Source of the DNA: Dehalococcoidia bacterium
Lineage (GTDB): Bacteria > Chloroflexota > Dehalococcoidia > Plut-88900
Length of the DNA stretch: 64,000 nt
Direction: 5' to 3'
NCBI GenBank assembly: GCA_965197645.1
Contig: OZ240219.1
Coordinates: forward strand, 1,280,001 to 1,344,000
The notes under the pieces: model-generated
What the model was told of the DNA's origin: nothing
The model's input: only the letters and a program-made list of their open reading frames with translations
The model's database searches: none
Translations under genes and position numbers: made by a program
Shown here: piece by piece, positions 47,359 through 57,500 of the stretch
Numbering within the stretch: the stretch's first letter is position 1
How the letters are laid out: each line of letters starts with the position of its first letter

Positions 47359-48225
47359 CTAGTGGCTGGGCATTGGCCCTGACGAACTCATCTGGTTTCG
47401 GATTATCTTTGCCCTGTTAAGGATGACTTGTTTCAAGTGGACATACCCATATCCGCCCTCTGAGAAATCTGGTGGAACCGTTGCGTTGACCCTGCGCCCA
47501 TATCCTAGCGCCCACGCTTTGTAAGGCTTGTCCTTTCCAAGGATGCCCATGACGTACCCTCCCATTGCGGTGACGAGCGACATGCATGGAATGTCAGTTG
47601 GGCCGTCACCGATGTAGACCATGTTCTCAAAGGGGACAGGGCGATCCTCACGATCAATGGGTTCGTTAACGACATACTGTCGATTGAGGTACTCTTCACC
47701 GACCTTCCCCTTGTTTACCATATAGAGGAACCGGGTCTTGTCAGTGAACGAGATAACGTTCTTCACGTGGGTGAGTATGCCTTCGGAGTCGTATGCAAAG
47801 TCGCAAGCCCAAATCCGATGAGCGACTTTGGCCAAGGCAGTAGCTCGCAACATGTCACCGATCCCAGCGGAGATAACATAAAACTCGATTCGGAGGCCTA
47901 CATCTCTGAATTCAGAGGTTCCTTGAATTTCGTCACGAAGGGCAATCAGTCCTTCCGGTACTCCTGGGTAGAACTTCAATACAGCGGCGATTTCACGGAA
48001 TTTTTCAGTGGTCAGTCCTTCCAGCGGTCCACCTTCCCTCGAAAACTCAATTACCTTCTGCATGTAGGCCAAGTGCTCGTCCCACCCCTTCTTCACGAGG
48101 GGTTCGATCTCAAGCGGCCAGAATTCTTCAGGCTTTACATCGAAGTAAGTTAGGAGTTGGTCAGTAGTGTCTGGAGCGAGGGTGCCGTCACAATCAGCGA
48201 TAACAGCAATGGTGTTGTGTGCCAC
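47359..48225 (-). CDS. HAD family hydrolase
   Basis: DCDGTL, VISAG, DKTRFL, YIGDGPTDIPCM. Confidence 0.88.
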   Translation of the reverse strand: MAHNTIAVIADCDGTLAPDTTDQLLTYFDVKPEEFWPLEIEPLVKKGWDEHLAYMQKVIEFSREGGPLEGLTTEKFREIAAVLKFYPGVPEGLIALRDEIQGTSEFRDVGLRIEFYVISAGIGDMLRATALAKVAHRIWACDFAYDSEGILTHVKNVISFTDKTRFLYMVNKGKVGEEYLNRQYVVNEPIDREDRPVPFENMVYIGDGPTDIPCMSLVTAMGGYVMGILGKDKPYKAWALGYGRRVNATVPPDFSEGGYGYVHLKQVILNRAKIIRNQMSSSGPMPSH

Positions 48226-48515
48226 GTTGCACCAGATACCCTGACTAGCGGAATTGCACGAAAGTATGCATCATGAGATGTGTATCATGCAAGGGGCTGA
48301 ACTCGCCCGGCACATCTGGGCGATGAAGGAAAGACCAAGTCTAGGTGACACCATTGAAGATATTCTTCTGGGGTACGGCCGTCCAGAGAGTAGTAGAGTT
48401 GGAAAGAGTCGCATGTACACTGCCAATTCAGTAAGGCTTGATCGAGATTTCCGCTCTCTACGTCAGGGACTTCGAAATGAAAGCATTCCTCGGCGCGGCC
48501 CAGCGGACCCTGCCC

Positions 48516-49691
48516 TTACCATCTTTTCGATTCTTCGGCGTACACGTGGTCGGGCAGGGTGTAGCGGATTCCTTCCTCGTCGAACAACGAAGTATCGAGC
48601 AGGGACGTGAACCTGGTGAAGTTGCTGTTCTGGCGACGGCCCGGAAGCAGCTTGCCCAGGATGTGGCCATAACGCTGCTGCAACCTGAACCACCCGACAA
48701 CTCCAAAGGAGGAGAGCGGCGGATACATCAGCGATTCGGCAGCTTCTTTTCCGATAAGCTTGCGGGATATGCGGTATACATACTTAGCTAAGCGGCGGCG
48801 GTCGGCTGGCTCAGCCATCCCGGCAATCAAGGGCGCTGAGTTGACCAGGGAATGGGCCATCACTACCGATTCCATTGGGGACTCAGGCTCACACATGTGG
48901 CCGATATCATACAGTTTCAGGGCTTCTTCAGCATCGTGGAACAGGATGGTCTCAGGAATGCCCATCAGGTGACCGCTGTAGCGCCAAACAGCCATGAAGC
49001 TAGCGTACTCTTCATCGTTGTAACTCGCCCCCAGGGTTTTCATGTGTTTCAGCAGTCTTGCCGAAAAAGCGGAAATGGCATAGCCCAAATGTGCCGCGCT
49101 AATCGGCACACCCCAAGCTTCGGTATCCCAGTCCTCCGAGCTGTTCAGGAGGTGCCTCAGCCGTGCGTGAACTAACCTGATACGTACCGAAAGCTTCCAG
49201 CCGTCTCCCTGCCTGTACAGGCCGCCGGGAATGAATATCTCCATCATGTGGCGGTTGTTCTGCCCCAAGCGCCTGACGCCCTGGTCACGCACCCGCCCGG
49301 TGATGAAGAATGACTTCGCTATATTCGTCGTAAAGCCTTCTATCAGCACGCCGGTGACGAATGCCGCTAGGATAACCTGGGAGTTTCTGTGAAACATGCG
49401 GACAGCCGGGGCAAATGCTGAATAGTCGAGCCATTCCGGTGGAGTTTCCGCCTCTTCGAAGAGTTTTCGCAGCGAGGCCGGCGCATCACGTAGGGCCTCC
49501 TCACCTTCGTCATTCATAGCTGCTTGGATGAGTCGCCTTGACTCTTCCGAGCTAAACTCCGCCATGTCCGTCGCCATCTCTTCGGCGAGCGGGTCTCCGA
49601 TGTGGGCGTGCGCGATGTATTTGTCGGCGATGTCGGGCGCAACGGCATGTGCCTTTTCATGGCCGGTGGTGTAGTCAGTCGGTATATTCAT
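48516..49691 (-). CDS. Oxygenase MpaB/Lcp (rubber oxygenase-like) family protein
   Basis: GDPLAE, PPEWLD, RIRLVHARLR, WGVPIS, WRYSGHLMGI. Confidence 0.8.
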   Translation of the reverse strand: MNIPTDYTTGHEKAHAVAPDIADKYIAHAHIGDPLAEEMATDMAEFSSEESRRLIQAAMNDEGEEALRDAPASLRKLFEEAETPPEWLDYSAFAPAVRMFHRNSQVILAAFVTGVLIEGFTTNIAKSFFITGRVRDQGVRRLGQNNRHMMEIFIPGGLYRQGDGWKLSVRIRLVHARLRHLLNSSEDWDTEAWGVPISAAHLGYAISAFSARLLKHMKTLGASYNDEEYASFMAVWRYSGHLMGIPETILFHDAEEALKLYDIGHMCEPESPMESVVMAHSLVNSAPLIAGMAEPADRRRLAKYVYRISRKLIGKEAAESLMYPPLSSFGVVGWFRLQQRYGHILGKLLPGRRQNSNFTRFTSLLDTSLFDEEGIRYTLPDHVYAEESKRW

Positions 49692-49741
49692 CGGATCTCA
49701 TACCCCCCGTATCAGCTTTGATCTCGGACGACATGACTTCT

Positions 49742-51985
49742 TTATTCTTTTGCTTCTACTCGCAGGTCCGGCAGCCAGTTCAGCCAGGAGGGCAGGTACC
49801 AGTTCCGTCTCCCCAGCACCTCCATGCTGGCCGGCACGAGGACCGACCGCACCAAGGTAGCGTCCAGGAAGACTGCCACGGCCAACCCAAACCCGACCTG
49901 CTGATTGATAATGGTCTTGCCTGATGCGAATGCGCCGAATACGGCGACCATTATAAGGGCGGCGCCAGTGATCAACCCCGCTGTGGAGCGGAGACCGTAG
50001 GCTACCGCCTCGGCGTTGTCCCCGGTCTGGTCATAGCGCTCGCGGATGCGGCTCAGGAGGAATACGTGGTAGTCCATGGATAGTCCGAAGAGGATGGAGA
50101 AGAGGAACAAGGGAATCCAGACGTCGATGACCTCTGCGTGCTGGAACCCAAGAAGATCGGCTCCTCCCTTCTGGAAGACCAGGACCATGAGACCGTAGGC
50201 GGTGCCTACGGAGAGAAGGTTCATGATGACGGCCTTGATCGGGATGACTATCGAGCGGAAGACGAGCATGAGAAGGAGGAAGCTGAAGCCTAGGACGAAG
50301 GCGAAGACGATGGGGGTATACCCCTGCACGATGGAGTATACATCCGTGGCTTCGGCGCTCACGCCGCCGACGAAGACCTCGGCGTCGACCCCGTCGAAAG
50401 CGGCGGGAACGTACTGGTTGCGGATGGTCTCGACGACGTTTACGGCGGCCTCGGTACGGGGTTCGCCTGAGATTAACACCTCAATCAAGGCGAGGTTGCC
50501 GGAAGTGTTTTCTTGTACGAGGGTATGTTCACCTGCAGAGTTCATGGCAGGCTTGAACTGCAGGCCCTCGTGCGCTGCCAGGGATTCCTGAAGCTTGCCT
50601 ATGGCTTGCTGGACCTGGGGACTATCGATATCCCCATCGATGACGATCTCGGTGGGATTAACTAGGCCAAAGGAGAAGTGCTCTTCCATCACGAAGAAGG
50701 CCGTGCGGGTCTGGGTGCCTTCAGGGAAGGCGTCGACGCCGTTGAGGCCGGTATTGATCTGGAAGTAGAAGACGGTGGCAGCGACCATAGGCACGGCGAC
50801 GACGACGAAGCTGATGACCGGAGACCGGGTGACGATGCGGGTTACAAGCTCCCAGAACCCCCGACCGGAGGACTCCGAGGAACCGGTCCGCGCCTTGCCG
50901 AAGAAGGGGATAGGAAAGTGGTTGATTCTCGGGCCGAGGATCGCCAGGTTGGCGGGCAGCAGGGTGAGGGTTGCCGCCAGCGCGACCAGTACGACGAGGA
51001 TAGCTCCGAGAGCGAGGGACTGGAAGAAGGAGAAGGGGACGATGAGTATCCCACAGAGAGCGATGACGACCGTGAGGCCGCTGAACAGCACCGTGCGGCC
51101 CGCTGTGGCGCCGGCGCGCTCTATGGCCGCGTTGGTGTCCAGTCCGCGGGTCAGCTCGTCCCGGTAACGGGAGATGATGACCAGGGAGTAATCGATACCC
51201 ACGGCCAAGCCGATCATGATGATCATGAGGCTGACGAAGAAGATCAGCTGAAAGGCCTGACCAATGAGCGCCGCAATGCCCAATGCAACTATGATGGCGG
51301 TAATGGACAGCCCTACGGGCATAAAGGCAGCCGAGATGGTGCCGAACAGGACTACGAGGATGACGAGAGCTACGGGGAGGCCGATGCGTTCTCCCCGCCT
51401 CAGGTCGTTTTCCGCCAGCTCGTTGTTGTCGTGGGCGGTGCTGGCGTCCCCAACCATGAGTACGCTGAAGCCTTCCTTCCCGTTCGCTTCCTCGATCACG
51501 TGAAGGACATCCGGGACGTTGTCCACGGCGTCTTCGAAGGAGCCGGCCATGATCACCGGCATAATCGTGGTCATGCGGCCCTTGGGGGATACGAGGGATG
51601 GGTCGCCGGTCTGGTAGTAATTGGGGAGGAGGGTTACGATATCGGGGCCGAGGGAGGCGATTTCGGCCTGGACTGCTTCCGCTTTTGCCCGGAACGCGGG
51701 ATCGTCCACAGTGAGAGAGTCGGATTGTATGATGACTATCTCGGTGACGGGCTTAGGGCCGCGGAGCCGTTCTTCGAGGAGACGTTCAGCGCGTTCGGAA
51801 CCGGCGTTGCTGCTTAGTTGAAACTCTGTGGTGGTGGCCCTGCCTAGGAAGTCCGTAAGGGGCGGCGGCCAAGGAGCGATTTCGGCGTCCACAGAGAATC
51901 CGCCCGCAACCAGTGCGATCACGCCCCAGATGGCGATGATAAAAAATGGCCTTCGTGCGCTGATACGGGCCAAGAATTGAGTCAA
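49742..51985 (-). CDS. MMPL (RND) family transporter
   Basis: GLAVGIDYS, AGRTVLFSG, FGLSMDYHVF, LDATLVR. Confidence 0.93.
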   Translation of the reverse strand: MTQFLARISARRPFFIIAIWGVIALVAGGFSVDAEIAPWPPPLTDFLGRATTTEFQLSSNAGSERAERLLEERLRGPKPVTEIVIIQSDSLTVDDPAFRAKAEAVQAEIASLGPDIVTLLPNYYQTGDPSLVSPKGRMTTIMPVIMAGSFEDAVDNVPDVLHVIEEANGKEGFSVLMVGDASTAHDNNELAENDLRRGERIGLPVALVILVVLFGTISAAFMPVGLSITAIIVALGIAALIGQAFQLIFFVSLMIIMIGLAVGIDYSLVIISRYRDELTRGLDTNAAIERAGATAGRTVLFSGLTVVIALCGILIVPFSFFQSLALGAILVVLVALAATLTLLPANLAILGPRINHFPIPFFGKARTGSSESSGRGFWELVTRIVTRSPVISFVVVAVPMVAATVFYFQINTGLNGVDAFPEGTQTRTAFFVMEEHFSFGLVNPTEIVIDGDIDSPQVQQAIGKLQESLAAHEGLQFKPAMNSAGEHTLVQENTSGNLALIEVLISGEPRTEAAVNVVETIRNQYVPAAFDGVDAEVFVGGVSAEATDVYSIVQGYTPIVFAFVLGFSFLLLMLVFRSIVIPIKAVIMNLLSVGTAYGLMVLVFQKGGADLLGFQHAEVIDVWIPLFLFSILFGLSMDYHVFLLSRIRERYDQTGDNAEAVAYGLRSTAGLITGAALIMVAVFGAFASGKTIINQQVGFGLAVAVFLDATLVRSVLVPASMEVLGRRNWYLPSWLNWLPDLRVEAKE

Positions 51986-52298
51986 AATCCTACTCTCTAA
52001 GCTCTTTATGAATCATGGGCAAGTATTGTGCGTTCACGAGCGGTAGCGGGGTTTAGACACCCTGGATGAATTGTTCCGGCGAGAACAGGCCAGCCGTCGA
52101 GATGATATCTCCAGAGTCGTCGTCGATAGCGGTTGTCGATTCTCACAACCTATGTTCAATCCGTGACGTTTGCCTCTCCCCGCGCCGCCAGGCCGCCTTT
52201 CTACGGCAGGTCATCGGTTTCCGGTAGCGTGACCGCGACCTCTCGGGAGCTTTGCTGACAGCCGGAACCTGGGTGATAAGGTTCTCGATTTGTCCGGC

Positions 52299-52316
52299 TG
52301 GTGGGCCTGAGTGGAC
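52299..52316 (-). mobile_element. Orphan tRNA-Ile 3' end, probable att site
   Basis: Reads GTCCACTCAGGCCCACCA, the usual T-stem/acceptor/CCA end of tRNA-Ile(GAU), without the rest of the tRNA. Confidence 0.6.
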
Positions 52317-52487
52317 GGTAGATGGCACCATCTTCGAGATGTGGTTGGGAAGGTTGTAAGACTACCAAGGCCCTCGGCCCAAGTAGTATGGCTCAATAGG
52401 GGGGAGGACGGCAAGCCGAGGAGTCAGTCCAGCCGATGTGTTAACGGGAAGCCCCGGCCCGCGGCCCTCTAGTGCTCCTCCTGTTCG

Positions 52488-52507
52488 AGGCCCCGCGTGC
52501 GGGGCCT
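52488..52507. terminator. GC hairpin, possible terminator
   Basis: AGGCCCCGC-GT-GCGGGGCCT; weak U-tract. Confidence 0.45.
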
Positions 52508-52584
52508 TCGTCATTGCCCTCAAACTACCGATTGTCGTAGAATGTCACGTGTGAAGGAGTGCCCTCAGAGGTAGGTAATAAGAG

Positions 52585-52857
52585 ATGACGACACCTGTTC
52601 GGCGTTCCCGCGAGGAAACGGCCCGTATCGGAAAAGAGATCTACGAGCGGGATATACGGTCTCTCGTTGAGTCGGATCACTTTGGAGAAGTCGTGGCCAT
52701 TGACGTTGGTAGCGGAAGCTATGCCCTCGGCAAGAATGCCATTGACGCATCTGAGAGCCTACGGAACCAACGTCCAGACGCCCAAGTCTGGCTGATGCGG
52801 GTGGGACACCGAGCTCTGTACCACTTTGGAGGCAGTTCCCTGCGGAGGACCGGGTGA
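52585..52857 (+). CDS. DUF5678-like small protein
   Basis: GKEIYERDIR..GEVVAIDVGSG..RPDAQVWLMRVG. Confidence 0.7.
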   Translation: MTTPVRRSREETARIGKEIYERDIRSLVESDHFGEVVAIDVGSGSYALGKNAIDASESLRNQRPDAQVWLMRVGHRALYHFGGSSLRRTG

Positions 52858-53225
52858 TAGAGGGAGTCGTGAACGCCAATCTCGAAGCCGTCGTAATCCT
52901 TCCTCTACAGGACCCGTCTGGGCAGATGCGGGAGGTCGAAGCCGTGGTCGATACCGGCTTCAACGGCTACCTGACCTTGCCCCCGATGCTGATGGAGGAC
53001 TTGGAACTGCCTGTAGTGGGTGATGGCGAGGCGGTTCTGGCGGATGGCAGCGAGGCAGCCTTCGACGTGTACGGCGTTACGGTGCTCTGGGACGGCCAGC
53101 CGATGTACGTGGAGACCGGGGCGGTTGGCGTGGACCCACTGGTCGGCATGGCCCTGCTGGATGGGCACAACCTGAACATCGACGTCGAGAACGGCGGGCT
53201 TGTTCTCATCCAGATGAAAGCGTAG
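52854..53225 (+). CDS. Clan AA aspartic protease
   Basis: AVVDTGF, LADGS, PLVGMALL; GTGA overlap with upstream gene. Confidence 0.88.
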   Translation: MIEGVVNANLEAVVILPLQDPSGQMREVEAVVDTGFNGYLTLPPMLMEDLELPVVGDGEAVLADGSEAAFDVYGVTVLWDGQPMYVETGAVGVDPLVGMALLDGHNLNIDVENGGLVLIQMKA

Positions 53226-53313
53226 GGAGTTCCGGGACTTTCCGGTTCTACTTCAACGCCAAGAGGCCATCTGTTCCCTTATAGATGAGTGATTGGTGTA
53301 GAGGTACATCTCA

Positions 53314-54147
53314 ATGGAACAGATTACGTGGCAAAACTATGAACGATTGGTGAAAGATGTTTACAAAACATTAGGTCAAGCCTCGGACGTTGAAATAGAA
53401 TGTTGGGGCGCGAATTGCAGAATCAAGGATAGGGATGGTATTTCCCGCCAAATTGATGTGGTGACAAAACACAGTGATGGAGTTAATCAGTATCGCACTC
53501 TGATTTCGTGTAAGAACTGGGATCGTAAGGTAGGAAGCCCGCACGTAACAGAGATGGCGAAATTGGTAGACGATACGGATGCCAACAAGGGTGTTATTGT
53601 ATCTGCCAAAGGTTTTTCCGAACCGGCAAAGAAAAAAGCTGAGGCGAACGGAATAGGTTTGGTAGAGTTGCGTCGCCCGATGGACAAGGATTGGGAGGGA
53701 CTAATCAGGCGAATCCACATTCGGATCGTCATGACCATACCTCGTATCACCGACCTTCGGTTGAACCTAAGAGCAGAGGGTAAGGTTGCCGAAGGGACGT
53801 ATGGTGGCTTTGCAGATGCGCGAAAGATGATCATAAAGGAGTCAGACCAACGTACACGGTCATTGGCGGAGATACTCGACCCCGTCATGAATACTGCGGC
53901 AGAAGGCGAGCAGCAAATCGAGTTCCCCCCAGGTACTGTTATCGAAAACGAAGACGACCAGGAGTGGATGGGGAATGGCTGCCCCATTAGATCTCTCGAA
54001 TTCAAACTAGAACACAGCGTGTCCGAGAATCAGGTTGCAGTCGATGCGGCGGATAATGTGTACATGGTTATGGAAGCTATATTTGAAGGAAGAAAATTCA
54101 CCATCACAAATGATGGTGAATTAGTCGAGCGGGGAAGCTACCAGTGA
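53314..54147 (+). CDS. Restriction endonuclease-like (Mrr_cat) protein
   Basis: WQNYE, RQIDV, ISCK, KGVIVSAKGFSEPA. Confidence 0.8.
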   Translation: MEQITWQNYERLVKDVYKTLGQASDVEIECWGANCRIKDRDGISRQIDVVTKHSDGVNQYRTLISCKNWDRKVGSPHVTEMAKLVDDTDANKGVIVSAKGFSEPAKKKAEANGIGLVELRRPMDKDWEGLIRRIHIRIVMTIPRITDLRLNLRAEGKVAEGTYGGFADARKMIIKESDQRTRSLAEILDPVMNTAAEGEQQIEFPPGTVIENEDDQEWMGNGCPIRSLEFKLEHSVSENQVAVDAADNVYMVMEAIFEGRKFTITNDGELVERGSYQ

Positions 54148-54528
54148 CCGTCTGTTGGCCGAACTGCGCGCGCATGTGGGCGAAATTGACCGCCAGGGCG
54201 ATGAGTATGCCCACGGCCGCTTCAATCCCCGTCGAGAAACGGCCCGCCATGGAACCGCCGGTACACGTCTAGGAACGCTGCTTCACGGACCGGCCGCGTG
54301 TGCTTGAGGAAAATGCGATATATCTCCTTCTCGCTGGGCCAGGACAGAAAGCGCAGGTAGCGTTCGTACAACTCCACCAACGTATACGGTAGACGGTTCC
54401 GTCTTCGAGTTGTGGCTAGGCGGCCTGTAGTGCACGGGGCCGGATGCCCACCAAGGTGGGGTCAGAGACGATTCTCCATGAGCCACCAGGCTTGATGAGC
54501 GAGTCATTCACAGTGGACGTCAGGTCTG

Positions 54529-57500
54529 CTACGCGAATATCTCCTCCACCACGTGATTGGTAGCGGCAGGTAGGTTGCGAGACACGACTATCTCATCGCA
54601 AAGGACCACAGGGAGTGCCTGGGCAGCCTGCTTGAGATCCCTGAGCACAGCATCAGCTGGTGTCTCACGCGTAAGCGGCTCACTGAGGCCCACGAAGAGT
54701 TCCGTTCCATCTGCCCGTTTCACATATATCGGAATCGTCACCTGCCCAAAGCTAGGGAGTGTCACGGGATGATTCAGTTCTAGGGTTGAACCTGGGAGTT
54801 CTTGTCTCTTGAGATCTTCGAAGAGCAACCTGGTTGAACCTTGGTGGCGTCCGGCGTTCATGGTCGGATAGCTCCCGTGGATCAAAAATCTCAAGAGACT
54901 TGCCCCGAGATGCCGGTCCAGGAGGTCGTGTTCGAATTTGTTCTTGTAGCTTCTCAAGCAGCGATAGCATGACCGGTCACAGTTCTCAGGACATGCTTCC
55001 AAGATGTGGAGGGCTTCCTCAAAGACATCTAGGCCCAGTTCTCCGACACGTCTGGCAAAGCCAGCACCACCGGGCAATGTGTCATATAGATAGACCTCAG
55101 ATTCGAGACCCTTGCGTCCGTCTTCTGTGAGCGCTGGTCGATATTCGGCCTGCAACTCGTTGGGGTCCAATTCCAACAGCCTGCAGGCGGCAACTGTGAG
55201 CGCCTCGCTAATAGTGCGGAGCGCGACGTTTGTGGGCAGCAGGCCGGGAAGCAGGCTAAGCGGTGGCGTAACACCTATTGAAATGAGCAGCACATCACTG
55301 ATGAAATCAGTTCCTAGTACCAATCCGGTAGTCGTGCCGGCTCCCGTGCAATTCGGATCGCCAGGGTCGGGATATGGCTTACGGTGGTCTGCTCCCAGCT
55401 GCCCATCCCGCGTCGCGGTCGGCTCAATGAGGCCGCATCTCGTACAGTATGAGTAACCTTCGTCACGCGGCCCGCGGTTTGTGACGAGCAGATAATCCCT
55501 AGCGTAGTGTTTGCGAATACGCTCATTGAGGTCCGTCCAGTTTCCTGGGTCTGATGGCGTAGCCATCGTCAACTTGGCGCGAGTTGCGTAGCTCCTGCTG
55601 GGCTGGTCATCTGGGGACGTCCCCTCTTCTCGGCTGACGGGGTGTGCAAACCCAGGGGGCCTCAGCCAATAGGTCGCTGGACCCATGGTCCCGGTCCCAC
55701 CACACCCCTCACAGTGTCTGTTCTCTCCCCTTTCTCCTTCCCCCAATTCCCTAGTGAGGGCATAGTGACAAACCTTGCATTCGTAGTAGAGTCGTCGGCT
55801 AGTCCAAGCTTCGTATCGATCGCTTGACATCGGGGAGTACAGCGCTCCTGAAGTCCAGAGTTTGCCATCAATCCAGACTTCTCTCCCTGGCGCGTACTGA
55901 GAGAGCGCGGTAGCAAGTCCTTGGGACGGGGTATAGCGATAGGCCGCGCGAAATCGAGTCGAGCGCTCTTGATCGAACACGTGAAATGCGGCGACATCTG
56001 TGGGAAAGGCATAACGAGGAAGCACTGCCTTGTAGAGTAGGCGATCAAGGAGCTTCTCCGATGGGTCTCGGGTAGGTCCTTCTTCACCTGGCTCTTCTGG
56101 TGCCTCTAAGCTTGTGGCATCTTCCTCCTCGCTTGACTCCCCGCCCGCGTTCGTACTGGGAGGTTCGGATTGAATCGCAGTATCAATTGAATCTAGCGTT
56201 GCTTCGACTACTTGATCCAGGAGTTCCTTGCGTTCGTTCCCCGAAATCTCTCTTGGAAGCAGAGCATCGACATCCTCCTTCAACTCGACCTCGTTCGAGC
56301 GCAGCCATTGTTCGAGATCAGCGCGGTTTAGCACTCTACCGGGGTTCTTGAAGTCTGCGACCGTCCCGAGCACCGCGAACAGGTGGGGCTGATCATCTGG
56401 ACTAATCTGAGGTAGTTTCGCTTGGTGATATTGCTGCAGCAGGTGCGCAGTAACGTGACGTCGGGCAATTACCGGGTTGCCTAGCGTCAGTGTTGGGTCG
56501 TCAACCTCTCCACGGATCATCTGGTCTGGATGTTCAAAGTAATGCTCATCGTGGCTATCAGCACTACCGAACGCAGTTACGGTTGCGATGGTCGTTCCTC
56601 GGCGGCCTGCGCGGCCTGCACGCTGTTGGTAATTCGCTCTGGCCGGCGGCATGTTCCTCAGTGAAACACCAGAAAGAGCGCCAATGTCGATGCCAACCTC
56701 CATAGTGGTCGTACAGGAAAGGACATCTATCGCCGGTCTCTCTCGGCCCGTGTCCCCGGGACCCAAGTCCACATCCTGGAAGAGAATCTCGTGCTCTTCG
56801 GCCTTGGAGAATATCTCGTCTGCCTGTGCGGTGTTGACCTGCGCAGTGTGCTCTGCAGCAATAAGGGCCAGCGGAGGTCTAGGCGGTGACTCCAGCGCCG
56901 CCAACGTACTCGTTCGGTAGTACCCCTTTCTGGCGACGAACACAGGGTCTGTGTCCGGGTTTATGGGCTCAGCAGAATCATGTCCGCAGTTGGCACAAGT
57001 GATTCTTCCAGGAATGGGCCTTTGAGCGGTCCGGCAGGACTGGCAGTACGACCAGTCACCACCAATCGCCAATGACAGCTCTTTCCCTGCTAGTCGGAAC
57101 ATCCCTTGGGTAGTAGGCTCGGCAAACGTCTCCAATAGCTGCGGAAGCCATTTCCTTTCAAACAGTGACCGCCCCGACGATTCCGTTAGGAGGCGATTCA
57201 TGGCCATGAATCGCCCTGAATGCGAGCGCACAACCGTAGACGACCACGCTCCTGGCATTCGGCTCAACCATATTCCTCGTCGCATCCAGCAGCGTAACCA
57301 GGCACGGGCGAGTGCGAGCTTCTCGTCTTCAGATTCCGCAAACTGGGGAATGTCAGGCAAGGCAATGACCTTGGAGGCGTGGGTAGAGCGCTCAACGAGC
57401 GACGCTAGAGCGAGCGATTCCAGACCGTAGTACCTATCCGTGATCGAATTCATGATCGAGCGCAGCAGAGACTCAGGCGGTGATGAGTTCTTGAGCTCCA

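Noticed and set aside
52238-52250. Degenerate attR of tRNA-Asn (ACCTCTCGGGAGC vs TCCTGATCGGGGAGC)
   Set aside because: Match too short and gapped to distinguish from chance
54221-54249. tRNA-like 3' fragment TTCAATCCCCGTC..CCCGCCA
   Set aside because: Spacing from T-loop to CCA is too long; likely coincidence
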